From contig AP024682.1 of NCBI GenBank assembly GCA_025999395.1, positions 367,487 to 431,486 on the forward strand: a stretch of DNA of 64,000 nucleotides. The letters are read 5' to 3'. Of the stretch, positions 19,410 to 29,331 are shown piece after piece (positions within the stretch are counted from its first letter, which is position 1; every line of letters begins with the position of its first letter). A program made the translations under genes and the position numbers. Under the pieces are notes generated by a model, which made no database searches, was not told where the DNA came from, and saw only the letters and a program-made list of their open reading frames with translations. Origin of the DNA: Candidatus Parcubacteria bacterium (lineage in GTDB: Bacteria; Patescibacteriota; Minisyncoccia; UBA6257; JAGOQP01).

Positions 19410-19761
19410 CAAAAAAGTTGTTAAAAAAAGAAGACTGATGGGAGAGGTGGTCTCTGACAAAATGAATAAAACACGAGTAGTGTTGGTAACTCGCTTAAAG
19501 AAACATCCTCTCTATCAGAAATTTTATAAAGTGAGCTCGAGATTTAAGGCTCACGATGAAAAAAATGAGTTTAAAGTGGGGGATGTGGTAATAATCGAAG
19601 AAACCCGTCCTCTTTCAAAAGAAAAAAGATGGAGGATTGTTGGGTTGGTTAAAAGAAAGGAAGCAAAGAATGGAAAAGAGGTTAGTTTAAAAGCGGAGCT
19701 AGAAAGTTCTCTTGGTGGCGAAGAAAAGAATGCGGATATTCCTCAGTTATTAAATGAATAG
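19402..19761 (+). CDS. rpsQ: 30S ribosomal protein S17 with C-terminal extension
   Basis: G.VVSDKM.KT, HP.Y.K, AHDE, GD.V.I.ETRPLSK.KRW; ATG at 19402 preferred. Confidence 0.96.
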   Translation: MANKKVVKKRRLMGEVVSDKMNKTRVVLVTRLKKHPLYQKFYKVSSRFKAHDEKNEFKVGDVVIIEETRPLSKEKRWRIVGLVKRKEAKNGKEVSLKAELESSLGGEEKNADIPQLLNE

Positions 19762-19815
19762 AAGATATTATTAAATTATTAAGTTTAGAAAAATCATTTG
19801 TTTTAAAGAAAAAGT

Positions 19816-20184
19816 ATGATTCAAGAACGTTCTATTTTAAAAGTGGCTGATAATTCTGGGGCGAAAATTATTCGCTGTTTTCGAATTTTAGGAGGAACCA
19901 GAAGACGCTACGCTCAAATTGGCGATATTATTGTTGCTTCTGTTCAGGTAGCAGAACCCAGAAAACCTATTGCCAAAAAAGACAAGGTAAAGGCAGTAAT
20001 TGTCAGACAAAGAAAAGCCTTTCGAAGAAAAGATGGCTCTTATATCCGCTTTGATGAGAATGCGGCAGTGATTATTGATAATAAAAAAGAACCTCGAGCA
20101 ACTAGAATTTTTGGTCCAATTCCCCGAGAAATCCGAGAAAAAGGATTCGAAAAGATATTTACTATGGCTCAAGAGGTAGTTTAA
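19816..20184 (+). CDS. rplN: 50S ribosomal protein L14
   Basis: MIQ...[25 protein letters not shown]. Confidence 0.98.
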   Translation: MIQERSILKVADNSGAKIIRCFRILGGTRRRYAQIGDIIVASVQVAEPRKPIAKKDKVKAVIVRQRKAFRRKDGSYIRFDENAAVIIDNKKEPRATRIFGPIPREIREKGFEKIFTMAQEVV

Positions 20185-20214
20185 TTTTAAAAAGTTATTT
20201 TTCGATTAGATATT

Positions 20215-20520
20215 ATGAAGTTAAAAAAAGGAGACATTGTTAAAGTGATTGCTGGAAAAGATAAAGGAAAGACAGGAAAGATCATCAAAGCCTTTCCTTC
20301 CCAAAATAAAGTTTTAGTGGAAGGAATTAATCAATACAAAAAGCATGTTCGCCCAAAAAGAGTGGGGGAGAAAGGAGAAATTATTCTCATTTCTCGTCCT
20401 CTTGATGTTTCCAAGGTGATGTTGGTTTGCTCATCTTGTGGGCAAGCAACGCGGGTGGGCTATTTAATTAAAGACAATGAAAAAACTCGCTATTGTAAAA
20501 AGTGCAAAGCAACGGTCTAA
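20215..20520 (+). CDS. rplX: 50S ribosomal protein L24
   Basis: KOW motif KKGD.V.VIAGKDKGK.G; two CxxC motifs. Confidence 0.96.
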   Translation: MKLKKGDIVKVIAGKDKGKTGKIIKAFPSQNKVLVEGINQYKKHVRPKRVGEKGEIILISRPLDVSKVMLVCSSCGQATRVGYLIKDNEKTRYCKKCKATV

Positions 20521-20545
20521 GTTATAAGTATTTAAGATAGCTTTT

Positions 20546-21097
20546 ATGGAAACTTTAATGGAAAAATACAATAAAAAGATAAGGTTAGAATTGAAAGATG
20601 AGTTGGGATTAAAAAATATCCACTTAGTTCCGCGTTTGGAAAAAGTGGTGGTTAATACGGGAATTGGGCGGTTAAGTCAAAATCCTAATTTTACTGATAA
20701 GATTCTTCCTGAGGTAATGAAGGAGATTTCTCTAATTTGTGGTCAAAAGCCAGCTATTTGCAAGGCAAAAAAATCAATCGCCGGATTTAAGTTAAGAGAA
20801 GGTCAAATAGTGGGATTAAAAGTGACTTTAAGAGGAAAAAGGATGTATGATTTTGTTGAAAGATTAATCAAAATTGCCCTTCCCCGAGTAAGAGATTTTA
20901 AGGGAATCAACTTGAAAAATGTTGATAGTAAAGGTAATCTCAATCTTGGTTTTAAAGAACAAGTAGTTTTTCCGGAAATTGATCAGGATACTTCTTGGGT
21001 TGATTTTGGATTGCAGGTAACGATAACGGTTAATGCTAGAAAAAGGGAAGAGGCAATTGAGTTATATAAAAAATTAGGATTTGTTTTTAAAAAATAG
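20546..21097 (+). CDS. rplE: 50S ribosomal protein L5
   Basis: GQKP, KSIAGFKLREG, KVTLRG, LPRVRDF.G. Confidence 0.97.
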   Translation: METLMEKYNKKIRLELKDELGLKNIHLVPRLEKVVVNTGIGRLSQNPNFTDKILPEVMKEISLICGQKPAICKAKKSIAGFKLREGQIVGLKVTLRGKRMYDFVERLIKIALPRVRDFKGINLKNVDSKGNLNLGFKEQVVFPEIDQDTSWVDFGLQVTITVNARKREEAIELYKKLGFVFKK

Positions 21098-21110
21098 TTT
21101 TATTTAAATT

Positions 21111-21296
21111 ATGGCTAAAAAATCAGTTATTGCTCGGGCTAAAAAGAAACCAAAATACTCGACTCGAATTGTAAGAAGGTGTTTTCGTTGTGGAAGGAAA
21201 AGGGGTTATTTGAGAGATTTCGATCTGTGTCGTATTTGTTTTCGGGAGATGGCTTCCAGAGGAGAAATTCCGGGAATTAAAAAAGCTTCTTGGTAA
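21111..21296 (+). CDS. rpsN: 30S ribosomal protein S14 (61-aa zinc type)
   Basis: [24 protein letters not shown]. Confidence 0.97.
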   Translation: MAKKSVIARAKKKPKYSTRIVRRCFRCGRKRGYLRDFDLCRICFREMASRGEIPGIKKASW

Positions 21297-21307
21297 TTTT
21301 AATTACT

Positions 21308-21688
21308 ATGTATATAAATCTTTTAACACAACTGAAGAATGCTCAAATGGCAGGAAAGGAAAAGATAAAATTCCCATTTTCCAAAATGGATGAGAAGATT
21401 GCTTCTTTATTAGCGGAAAATGGTTTTATTGCCAGTGTAGAAAAGAAGGGAAGAGGAACCAAAAGATTTTTGGAAATTTTTCTTTCTTATAAGAATAAAA
21501 AGGGCGCTATTGCCGGTTTTAGATTTGTTAGCCTTCCTTCCAGAAGAATTTATAAAAGCTACAAAATGCTTAAGCCGGTTAGGCAAGGATTTGGATTGGC
21601 AATTCTTTCTACTTCTCAAGGAATTATGACGGATAAGGAAGCAAGAAAGAAAAAAATAGGGGGTCAAGTTCTTTTTGAGATTTGGTAA
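21308..21688 (+). CDS. rpsH: 30S ribosomal protein S8
   Basis: LTQLKNA, S.PSRRIY, G.AILSTSQG.MT, GG.VL..IW; ATG at 21308 preferred. Confidence 0.95.
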   Translation: MYINLLTQLKNAQMAGKEKIKFPFSKMDEKIASLLAENGFIASVEKKGRGTKRFLEIFLSYKNKKGAIAGFRFVSLPSRRIYKSYKMLKPVRQGFGLAILSTSQGIMTDKEARKKKIGGQVLFEIW

Positions 21689-21733
21689 TTAAGACAAGAG
21701 TTTTGTTAATTTTTAAAGTAGTTTTAGAAAAAT

Positions 21734-22279
21734 ATGTCAAGATTAGCAAAAAAACCCTTAAATATCCCGGCGCAGGTTACAGTGGATTTTCAAGATCACG
21801 CAGTTAAAGTTGACGGTCCTAAAGGATCTCTTTTAATTCCTAAATTAGATGGGGTGGAGATAACTATTACAGGAGATCAGATTTTTCTTCAAGCAATCAA
21901 TTCCTTAAAGCAAACGAAAATGAATTTAGGAACAATGTGGTCTTTGTTAAGAAATTCTTTGGAGGGAGTTACTAATGGTTTTTCTAAGGTTTTGGAAATT
22001 GAAGGAGTAGGCTATAAGGCTTCGGTGGAAGGAAAAGAATTGGTGCTGAAAATAGGTCTTTCTCATCCGGTAAGATTGCCTATTCCTGAGGGAATTGATA
22101 TAAAGGTAGAAAAAAACGAAATAACTGTTTCCGGGATTGATAAACAACTAGTGGGTCAAGTAGCTGCCAACATTCGCAAGCAGAAGAAACCAGAACCTTA
22201 CTTAGGCAAGGGTATTCGTTACAAAGGCGAGATAATTAGAAGAAAGGCAGGTAAGAAAGCAGGAGCAGCAGCTAAGTAA
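21734..22279 (+). CDS. rplF: 50S ribosomal protein L6
   Basis: MSR..K.P, GVGYKA, DKQLVGQVAA.IR, PEPY.GKGIRY. Confidence 0.97.
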   Translation: MSRLAKKPLNIPAQVTVDFQDHAVKVDGPKGSLLIPKLDGVEITITGDQIFLQAINSLKQTKMNLGTMWSLLRNSLEGVTNGFSKVLEIEGVGYKASVEGKELVLKIGLSHPVRLPIPEGIDIKVEKNEITVSGIDKQLVGQVAANIRKQKKPEPYLGKGIRYKGEIIRRKAGKKAGAAAK

Positions 22280-22312
22280 AAAAGTATTTATTGATTAAAG
22301 GCATTTTCAAGT

Positions 22313-22672
22313 ATGAATAAAAGAAAAGTTTTAAATAAAATAAGAGAAAGAAGGGAAAGAAGAGTGAGAGCAAAAATTTCCGGGACAGCTGAAAAGCCAA
22401 GGATTTCTGTTTTTAAGAGTAATCGTGATATTTTCATTCAAGCTATTGATGACACTTTAGGAAAAACAATTACCAGCAGCTCTTTGAGATTAATAGAAAA
22501 GAAGCATTCTTTGAAAAAAGAGCAAGCTCTGGAAAAATTGGCGGAAACAATAGCCAATGATTTAAAATCGCGACAGATAGAAAAAGCAGTTTTTGACAGA
22601 GGTCGGTATAAATTTCACGGAGTGATTAAAAAAATAGCTGAAAATTTGAGAAAGAATGGAATAAAAATTTAA
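22313..22672 (+). CDS. rplR: 50S ribosomal protein L18
   Basis: GT...PR.SVFKSN, QAIDD, VFDRG.YKFHG. Confidence 0.95.
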   Translation: MNKRKVLNKIRERRERRVRAKISGTAEKPRISVFKSNRDIFIQAIDDTLGKTITSSSLRLIEKKHSLKKEQALEKLAETIANDLKSRQIEKAVFDRGRYKFHGVIKKIAENLRKNGIKI

Positions 22673-22694
22673 TTGACTTTAATTTGATAAAAAT

Positions 22695-23192
22695 ATGATT
22701 GCCAAAGGAAACAACAAACAAAAATTTTCTGCTGATACTAAATCAAGTTTTAAAGAAAAGGCTATTGATTTAAGGAGAGTCGCAAGAGTAGTAGCCGGAG
22801 GAAAAAGATTTTCTTTCCGGTGTACTTTGATTATTGGAGATGAAAAGGGAAATGTTGGAGTGGGGATTGCTAAGGGAGCTGATGTTTCTTTGGCGATAGA
22901 GAAAGCAAGAAATCAAGCCAAGAAAAATATTTTTACTGTTCCTTTAAAGGGGACAACTATTCCTCATGAGGTGGAAGCAAAATTTAGTGCGGCTAAAGTT
23001 CTTATTAAACCAGCTCCCAAGGGTGCTGGTTTAAAGGCAGGAGGAGCAGTAAGAACAGTGCTTTTGATGGCAGGGATAAAAGATGCTTCGGCTAAGTGTT
23101 TAGGAAGAACTAAAAACAAATTAACCAATGCTTTAGCAGCTATTGAAGCCTTAAAGAAAATTAAACATTTTAGTAAAGAAGTTCAGTCTTAA
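22695..23192 (+). CDS. rpsE: 30S ribosomal protein S5
   Basis: RVARVVAGGKRFSF, TIPHEV, PA..G.G..AGG.VR. Confidence 0.96.
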   Translation: MIAKGNNKQKFSADTKSSFKEKAIDLRRVARVVAGGKRFSFRCTLIIGDEKGNVGVGIAKGADVSLAIEKARNQAKKNIFTVPLKGTTIPHEVEAKFSAAKVLIKPAPKGAGLKAGGAVRTVLLMAGIKDASAKCLGRTKNKLTNALAAIEALKKIKHFSKEVQS

Positions 23193-23213
23193 AATTTATT
23201 TTAAATTAAAAGT

Positions 23214-23630
23214 ATGCAACTTCATCAATTAAAACCAAAAACTAAAAGTAAAAAGATAAAAAGAGTAGGAAGAGGAGGAAAGAGAGGTACTTATTCAGGA
23301 AGAGGCCAAAAGGGGCAAAAAGCGAGAGCTGGAAGAAAATTGTTTCCTCATCGCCGGGAAATTGTTGCCCGCTTTCCTAAAAAGAGAGGTTTTAAAAATA
23401 AGCCTAAAAAACCAAAACCAGCAGTAGTTACTCTTGATCAGCTTAATAAAATAAAAGAGATCGTGATTAATTTAGATGTTTTAAAGAAATACAATCTTAT
23501 TCCTAAAAAAGAAAAATTGGCTAAAATTCTTAATAAGGGGAAAATAACTTCTGCTAAAGAAATTGTGGGAATTTCTTGCTCCCGAGCAGCTCGAGAAGCC
23601 ATTTTGAAAGCTGGGGGTAAAGTAAGTTAG
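23214..23630 (+). CDS. rplO: 50S ribosomal protein L15
   Basis: RVGRGGKRGTYSGRGQKGQKAR, PK.RGF, AGG. Confidence 0.95.
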   Translation: MQLHQLKPKTKSKKIKRVGRGGKRGTYSGRGQKGQKARAGRKLFPHRREIVARFPKKRGFKNKPKKPKPAVVTLDQLNKIKEIVINLDVLKKYNLIPKKEKLAKILNKGKITSAKEIVGISCSRAAREAILKAGGKVS

Positions 23631-23652
23631 AGTTAGATTTTTAAAATAGAAT

Positions 23653-24924
23653 ATGTCTAAGATTATTCAAATTTTCAAAATTAAAGATCTGAGAAAAAGG
23701 ATTTTGATTGTTTTTGTTTGGCTGATTATTTTTCGATTGCTTACCGCAATTCCTATTCCTGATATTGATATTTCGAAATTAAAATCTTTTTTTGCTAATA
23801 ACCAGTTATTAGGATTTTTGAATATTTTTTCGGGAGGAGGTTTGGCTAATCTTTCAATTGCAATGTTGGGGGTGGGTCCTTACATTACTGCAACCATTAT
23901 TATGCAACTACTGACAATGATTTTTCCTCGACTGAAAGAGATGTACTATGAAGAGGGAGCTGTAGGAAGGGCTAAATTTAATCGGATCTCCAAATATTTA
24001 ACTGTTCCTCTTTCTTTTCTTCAAAGTTATGGGTTTTTAAATATTCTTATTTCTCAACAAGTTTTGCCGCCGATTGATACTCTGAGTTTATTAAAGGATT
24101 CTTTAATTATTAGCGCTGGATCGATGGTTTTGGTTTGGATTGGTGATTTAATTAGCGAGCAGAAAATTGGTAATGGTGTTTCTTTAATTATTTTTGCAGG
24201 AATTGTTAGCCGCTTACCAGCTATTGTTCAGCAGCTTTTTGTTTCCTTTAATCCTGCTGATTTAGTTAACTACATTGCTTTTGCAGTAATTGCGATAGCA
24301 GTAATTGCGGGAGTGGTCTTTATTAATGAAGGAGAAAGAAAAGTACCAGTTACTTACGCTCGTCGAGTAAGAGGAATTAAGATGTTCGGAGGGGTTCAAA
24401 GTTATCTTCCTTTAAAGGTTAATCAGGCAGGAGTAATTCCAATTATCTTTGCTATCTCAGTTCTTCTTTTCCCTCAATTTATTTCTCAGGCAACAGCTAT
24501 TTTTTCTAAAGATGTCTCTTTAAAATTATCAGAAATAGTTAATAGAATTTTTTCTAACATTTATCTTTACGCTTTGTTTTACTTCTTTTTAGTTTTTATC
24601 TTTACTTATTTCTATACTTCTATCACCTTTGATCCCAAAGAAATCGCTAAAAACCTTCAGAGATCAGGCGGATTTATTTTAGGAATTAGACCGGGAGAAT
24701 CAACAGCTTTGTATCTTTCCAGAATCATTTCTCGAACTACTTTTTGGGGAGCGATTTTTTTGGGGATTGTAGCAATTTTGCCTAACCTTACCACGATGGC
24801 TACAGGAATTAAGATTGCTTCTATTGGGGGAACGAGTATTTTGATCGTAGTTTCAGTAGCCTTAGAGGTATTACGTCAAATTAATGCTCAATTGGTTATG
24901 AGAGAATATGAGGGTTTTGAGTAA
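23653..24924 (+). CDS. secY: Preprotein translocase subunit SecY
   Basis: LGVGPYITA.IIMQLL, GNGVSLIIFAGI, AGVIPIIFA, GIRPG, GGTSILIVV. Confidence 0.98.
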   Translation: MSKIIQIFKIKDLRKRILIVFVWLIIFRLLTAIPIPDIDISKLKSFFANNQLLGFLNIFSGGGLANLSIAMLGVGPYITATIIMQLLTMIFPRLKEMYYEEGAVGRAKFNRISKYLTVPLSFLQSYGFLNILISQQVLPPIDTLSLLKDSLIISAGSMVLVWIGDLISEQKIGNGVSLIIFAGIVSRLPAIVQQLFVSFNPADLVNYIAFAVIAIAVIAGVVFINEGERKVPVTYARRVRGIKMFGGVQSYLPLKVNQAGVIPIIFAISVLLFPQFISQATAIFSKDVSLKLSEIVNRIFSNIYLYALFYFFLVFIFTYFYTSITFDPKEIAKNLQRSGGFILGIRPGESTALYLSRIISRTTFWGAIFLGIVAILPNLTTMATGIKIASIGGTSILIVVSVALEVLRQINAQLVMREYEGFE

Positions 24925-24965
24925 AGATTGAGTTTTTCTTTGATTTAAGAAGAAAAACTTTTAAA

Positions 24966-25664
24966 ATGTCAAATTTAAAGAAAAAAGTAGTTGTTATTTT
25001 TGGAACTCCCGGTTCAGGAAAGGGAACGCAGGCAAGATTAATTTCTCAAAAGTTTGATCTTTTTAATTTAGATACGGGCAGTCTTTTAAGAAGCATTTTT
25101 TCTAATCCCGTTTTTCTTAAGGATAAAAGAATAAGAGAAGAAAAAAAACTTAATGAATCTGGAAGACTTAATACTCCGGAGTTTGTGCTTGATTTGTTAA
25201 AGAAAAAAGTTGATCAACTTTTTAAAGAAGGATTAGGAATTGTCTTTTCTGGTTCTCCGAGGACTTATTTTGAAGCTTTTGGAGACGAAAAAAGCGAGGG
25301 TTTGATTTCTTTTTTGGAAAAAAGGTATAAGAGAAAAAATCTCTTCTTCTTTTTTATTAAAACTTCTGAAGGAGAATCAATTAAAAGAAATTCTCAAAGA
25401 ACCATTTGCTCTGTTTGTCAAACTCAACTTTTAAGATCAGAAATAATTGGAACGAAGTTAAAGCGTTGCCCTTTTTGCGGAGGAAAATTAGTAAGAAGAA
25501 AAGATGATAATCCTAAAGTGATAAAAACTAGATTTCAGGAATTTCAAGAAAGAACTCAGCCGGTTTTAGAAGAACTTAAAAAGAAAGGATATAAAATTCA
25601 TTTGATTAATGGTAATCTTTTACCTTATAAGGTTTTTCAATTGATAGTGGAAAAAATTAAATAG
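24966..25664 (+). CDS. adk: Adenylate kinase with zinc lid
   Basis: G.PGSGKGTQA P-loop, G.PR, lid CxxC..CxxC, R.DD; follows secY. Confidence 0.88.
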   Translation: MSNLKKKVVVIFGTPGSGKGTQARLISQKFDLFNLDTGSLLRSIFSNPVFLKDKRIREEKKLNESGRLNTPEFVLDLLKKKVDQLFKEGLGIVFSGSPRTYFEAFGDEKSEGLISFLEKRYKRKNLFFFFIKTSEGESIKRNSQRTICSVCQTQLLRSEIIGTKLKRCPFCGGKLVRRKDDNPKVIKTRFQEFQERTQPVLEELKKKGYKIHLINGNLLPYKVFQLIVEKIK

Positions 25665-25669
25665 CTTAA

Positions 25670-26428
25670 ATGATTTTTCTTAAAAACGAAAAAGAGATAA
25701 TGCTTTTAAAAGAATCAGGAAGAATTTTAAGATTTATCCTGAATTCTTTAGAAAAAAAAGCTAAAAAGGGGACTAATCTTTTGGAATTAGAAGAGCTTGC
25801 TCAAAAGCTGTGCAAAGAATATAAGGTTGTGCCGATTTTTTTGGGGTATCAACCAGAAGGAGCAAAAAAGCCATTTCCGGCCGCTATTTGTACCTCCTTA
25901 AATGATGTTGTAGTTCACGGTGTTCCCAGAGATTATTTTTTAAAAGATGGTGATGTTTTAAAAATTGATATGGGAATTGCTTATCAGGGAATGATTACTG
26001 ATGCGGCTCTAACGGTTATTATTGGGAAAATCTCTCCTTTAGCTAAAAAGTTAGTGGAGGCTACTAAAAAGTCTTTGGAAGCGGCAATTAAAGTAGCCAA
26101 AAAGGGAAGAAGCTTAGGAGATATCGGATGGGCTATAGAAAATCAAGCTAAAAAATACGGTTTCTCAGTACTAAAAAGCTTAACCGGTCATGGGGTAGGT
26201 TTTCAGCTTCATGAAGATCCAGTAATCTTTAATTATGGGAAAAAAGGGGAAGGGGAGAAATTAAGGGAGGGAATGGTTTTAGCCATTGAGCCGATGCTTT
26301 CGGTTTCATGCCAAGAGGTTGTTCAAAAAGAAGATGAAAGTTATGCTACTTTGGATGGAAGTTTAGCGGCTCACTTTGAACACACAATTGCTATTACTAG
26401 TAAGGGAACTATTGTTTTAACTGAGTAA
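25670..26428 (+). CDS. map: Methionine aminopeptidase type I
   Basis: CTSLN.VVVHG.P, D.G, GHGVG..LHEDP, AIEPM, AHFEHT. Confidence 0.96.
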   Translation: MIFLKNEKEIMLLKESGRILRFILNSLEKKAKKGTNLLELEELAQKLCKEYKVVPIFLGYQPEGAKKPFPAAICTSLNDVVVHGVPRDYFLKDGDVLKIDMGIAYQGMITDAALTVIIGKISPLAKKLVEATKKSLEAAIKVAKKGRSLGDIGWAIENQAKKYGFSVLKSLTGHGVGFQLHEDPVIFNYGKKGEGEKLREGMVLAIEPMLSVSCQEVVQKEDESYATLDGSLAAHFEHTIAITSKGTIVLTE

Positions 26429-26466
26429 AATAATTATAATTTTTAAAATTGTTTTAATTTAAAATT

Positions 26467-27216
26467 ATGAAAAAACCCTATCTTTCTGTTATTATTCCTG
26501 CCTATAACGAAGCCAAGAGGCTTCCCTTAACTTTGATTGATATAGATAAGCATCTGGCAACTGTTAACTTTGATTATGAAATTATTGTAGTGGATAACAA
26601 TTCCAGTGATGCTACTTTAGAAATTGCTCAGCGCTTTATTCCTTTGATAAAAAACTTAAAAGTTATCGAGTGTAAAATTCAAGGTAAGGGAGCGGCGGTT
26701 AAAAAGGGAATTTTAGAAGCAAAGGGGGAAATTCGGCTTTTCACAGATGCTGATAATTCTACTTCTATTGATCACTTTTTTAAAATGGAGCCCTATTTTA
26801 AAGAGGGTTATGAGGTAGTGATTGGATCACGAGATGTCCCGGGAGCTCAGCTTGATCCTCCTCAACCTTGGTATCGAAATTTATTAGGGGATTTAGGAAA
26901 TATTTTTATTCAATTAATGGTTTTAAAAGGAATCAAGGATACTCAATGTGGCTTTAAGGCTTTCAGTGAAAAAGCAGCTCTTTCCATTTTTCCCTTGTCA
27001 GAGATTAAGGGGTGGGGGTTCGATGTCGAAATTTTGGCTTTAGCAAGAAAAATGGGCTATAAAATAAAAGAAATTCCCGTTCATTGGGTAAACAGCTCTT
27101 TTTCTCATGTAAAACCTTCCGCTTACTTAAATGTTTTATTAGAGGTAGTAAAAATAAAAATAAGACTAATGAGAAATAAGTATGGAATCGAAAATCAATC
27201 CAGAAAATCAGCTTAA
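26467..27216 (+). CDS. GT2 glycosyltransferase, dolichyl/polyprenyl-phosphate glycosyltransferase-like
   Basis: SVIIPAYNE..R, GKG.AV..G, F.DAD, DTQCGFK.F, W.FDVE. Confidence 0.85.
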   Translation: MKKPYLSVIIPAYNEAKRLPLTLIDIDKHLATVNFDYEIIVVDNNSSDATLEIAQRFIPLIKNLKVIECKIQGKGAAVKKGILEAKGEIRLFTDADNSTSIDHFFKMEPYFKEGYEVVIGSRDVPGAQLDPPQPWYRNLLGDLGNIFIQLMVLKGIKDTQCGFKAFSEKAALSIFPLSEIKGWGFDVEILALARKMGYKIKEIPVHWVNSSFSHVKPSAYLNVLLEVVKIKIRLMRNKYGIENQSRKSA

Positions 27217-27218
27217 GG

Positions 27219-27247
27219 TTGACTGGTTTTTTATTAATGTTTAAACT
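27219..27247 (+). promoter_or_regulatory. Sigma70 promoter for greA
   Basis: TTGACT-N17-TAAACT with TG extended motif; overlaps a hairpin and T run at the end of the GT2 gene. Confidence 0.5.
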
Positions 27248-27311
27248 TTTCATCTATCAGGTTTTTGAATTATTAAATTTTTAGATATCATTATTTTTAA
27301 GGAATTTTCAT

Positions 27312-27770
27312 ATGACTCAGTATTTAAGCAAGGAAAAAGTAGAGGAGTTAAAAAAGCGCCTTCAAGAGCTTAAAACGACTAAGCGTTTTGAGATTGCTGA
27401 TAAATTAAAGAGGGCTAAAGAGCACGGGGATCTCTCGGAAAATTTTGAATATGCCCAGGCAAAAGATGAACAGGAAAAGCTGGAAAAGGAGATTTTTGAT
27501 TTAGAAAATTTAATCAAAAATGCTCAAATTATTACCAAACCCAAAAATAAAAATGTTGTAAGCGTTGGCTCCACAGTTTCTTTAAAACAAGATGGAAAGT
27601 TGGTTTCTTATACTATTGTAGGCTCTCAGGAATCAGATCCGTTGAATTATAAAATCTCTAATGTTTCTCCAATTGGAAAGGCTTTATTGGGTAAGAAAGT
27701 GGGAGATAAGGTAAAAGTAAAAACTCCCAAGGGATTAGAAATAGAGCTTGAGATCTTAAAGATTGAATAA
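27312..27770 (+). CDS. greA: Transcription elongation factor GreA
   Basis: HGDLSENFEY..AK..Q, IS..SPIGKALLG. Confidence 0.96.
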   Translation: MTQYLSKEKVEELKKRLQELKTTKRFEIADKLKRAKEHGDLSENFEYAQAKDEQEKLEKEIFDLENLIKNAQIITKPKNKNVVSVGSTVSLKQDGKLVSYTIVGSQESDPLNYKISNVSPIGKALLGKKVGDKVKVKTPKGLEIELEILKIE

Positions 27771-27801
27771 GAGTTGAAGTAAAACTATTTAAATTTTATT
27801 T

Positions 27802-29251
27802 ATGTTGGAGGATTTAATTAAAGAAAGAAAGAAAAAAGTAAAAGAATTGAGAGAACAAGGAATTAATCCTTATCCTATTTTTAGTCAACGAACCGCCTCT
27901 ATTAAAGAGGCTCTGGATTCTTTTTCCGCTTGGTCAAAATCGCGCAAAAAAATTTATTTGGTGGGAAGGATTAGAAGTCTTCGCGATCAAGGAAAGATTG
28001 TTTTTTTAGATCTAGAAGATATGAGTGAAAAGATTCAGGTGGTTTTTAAAAAAGAAGAAACTCAAAATTTTTCTTTCTTTAAAAAATATTTAGATATTGG
28101 AGATTTTTTGGAGGTATATGGCTATCTTTTTAAAACTCAAAGAGGAGAAAAAAGTATTCTAGCGTTGCGATTAAAAATTTTAGCTAAAAGTTTACGCCCA
28201 CTTCCTTCTGATTTTTATGGGTTAGTTGATACCGAAACAAGATTAAGAAAAAGATACTTGGATTTAATTTTAAACAAGGAAACCAAAGAACTTTTTATTA
28301 AGAAAAGTAAGTTTTGGAAAGCAGTAAGAGAATTTTTGGATAAAGAAGGTTTTTTGGAGGTAGAAACTCCTGTTTTTGAAATGATTCCCGGAGGAGCGGA
28401 AGCAGAGCCTTTTGTTACTCACCATAATGCTTTGGATCAGGATTTTTATTTAAGGATTTCTTTAGAAATTGCCTTAAAAAAAGCTAATAGTGGGAGGATT
28501 TGAAAAAATTTATGAGATTGGCAGGGTTTTTAGAAATGAAGGAATTGATGCTGAACACCTTCAGGATTACACTCAAATGGAGTTTTATTGGGCTTACGCG
28601 GATTATCGCCAGTTGATGACTTTTTTAAAGAAAATGTATCGGTTTGTAATAAAAAAGACATTTGGAACTTTAGTTTTTAAGTGGCAGGGTAAAAAAATTG
28701 ATTGGGGAAAAGAATGGAAGGTTTATGATTACTGCAAGCTTTTTTTTAAGGAAAATAAAATTGATCCCAAAACCGCTTCGTTAGAGGAATTATTAAAGAA
28801 AGCACAATCTTTACAAATCGAAGTTCCTCAGGGAGCGGGGAAGGGGCGATTGATTGACTTAATTTATAAAAAGACAGTCAGACCAAAATTAATTCAGCCT
28901 TGTTTTTTAATTAATCCTCCGGTAGAAATAGAGCCTTTAGCCAAAAGAAGCGAAAAAGATCCGCGAGTAGTAGAACGACTTCAAGTAATGGCTTATGGAA
29001 CAGAATTAGGAAAGGGTTTTTCCGAATTAAATGATCCTCAAGATCAAAGAGAAAGGTTTGAGGAGCAAATGAAGTTAAGAGCAGCAGGAGACAAAGAGGC
29101 CCAAATGTTAGACGAAGATTTTTTGGAAGCTTTGGAGTATGGAATGCCACCCACCGCAGGATTTGGAATGTCAGAGCGTCTTTTTGCGGTTTTGGCAAAC
29201 AAACCTATCCGAGAAACTATTTTCTTTCCTCCAATGAAAAAAAAGAGTTAA
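27802..29251 (+). CDS. lysS: Lysine--tRNA ligase (class II), split by a one-base frameshift at A7 (28476-28482)
   Basis: ORF 27802-28503 (RYLDL, EVETP, GGAEA.PF, YLRI) and ORF 28490-29251 (GRVFRNEG, ELNDP..QRERF, EYGMPPTAG). Deleting one A gives the continuous LKKLIVGGFEK. Confidence 0.9.
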
Positions 29252-29331
29252 GATTTAAAAACTAATTTTAAAATCTCATATTTCAGAATTTACTATAATA
29301 TTTATTAAAGTTAGTTTTTTGTGATTTATAA

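Noticed and set aside
28476-28483. AAAAAAG in lysS as a dnaX-type -1 frameshift
   Set aside because: The heptamer is not in the A-AAA-AAG phase, restoring LysRS needs +1, and there is no obvious downstream hairpin.
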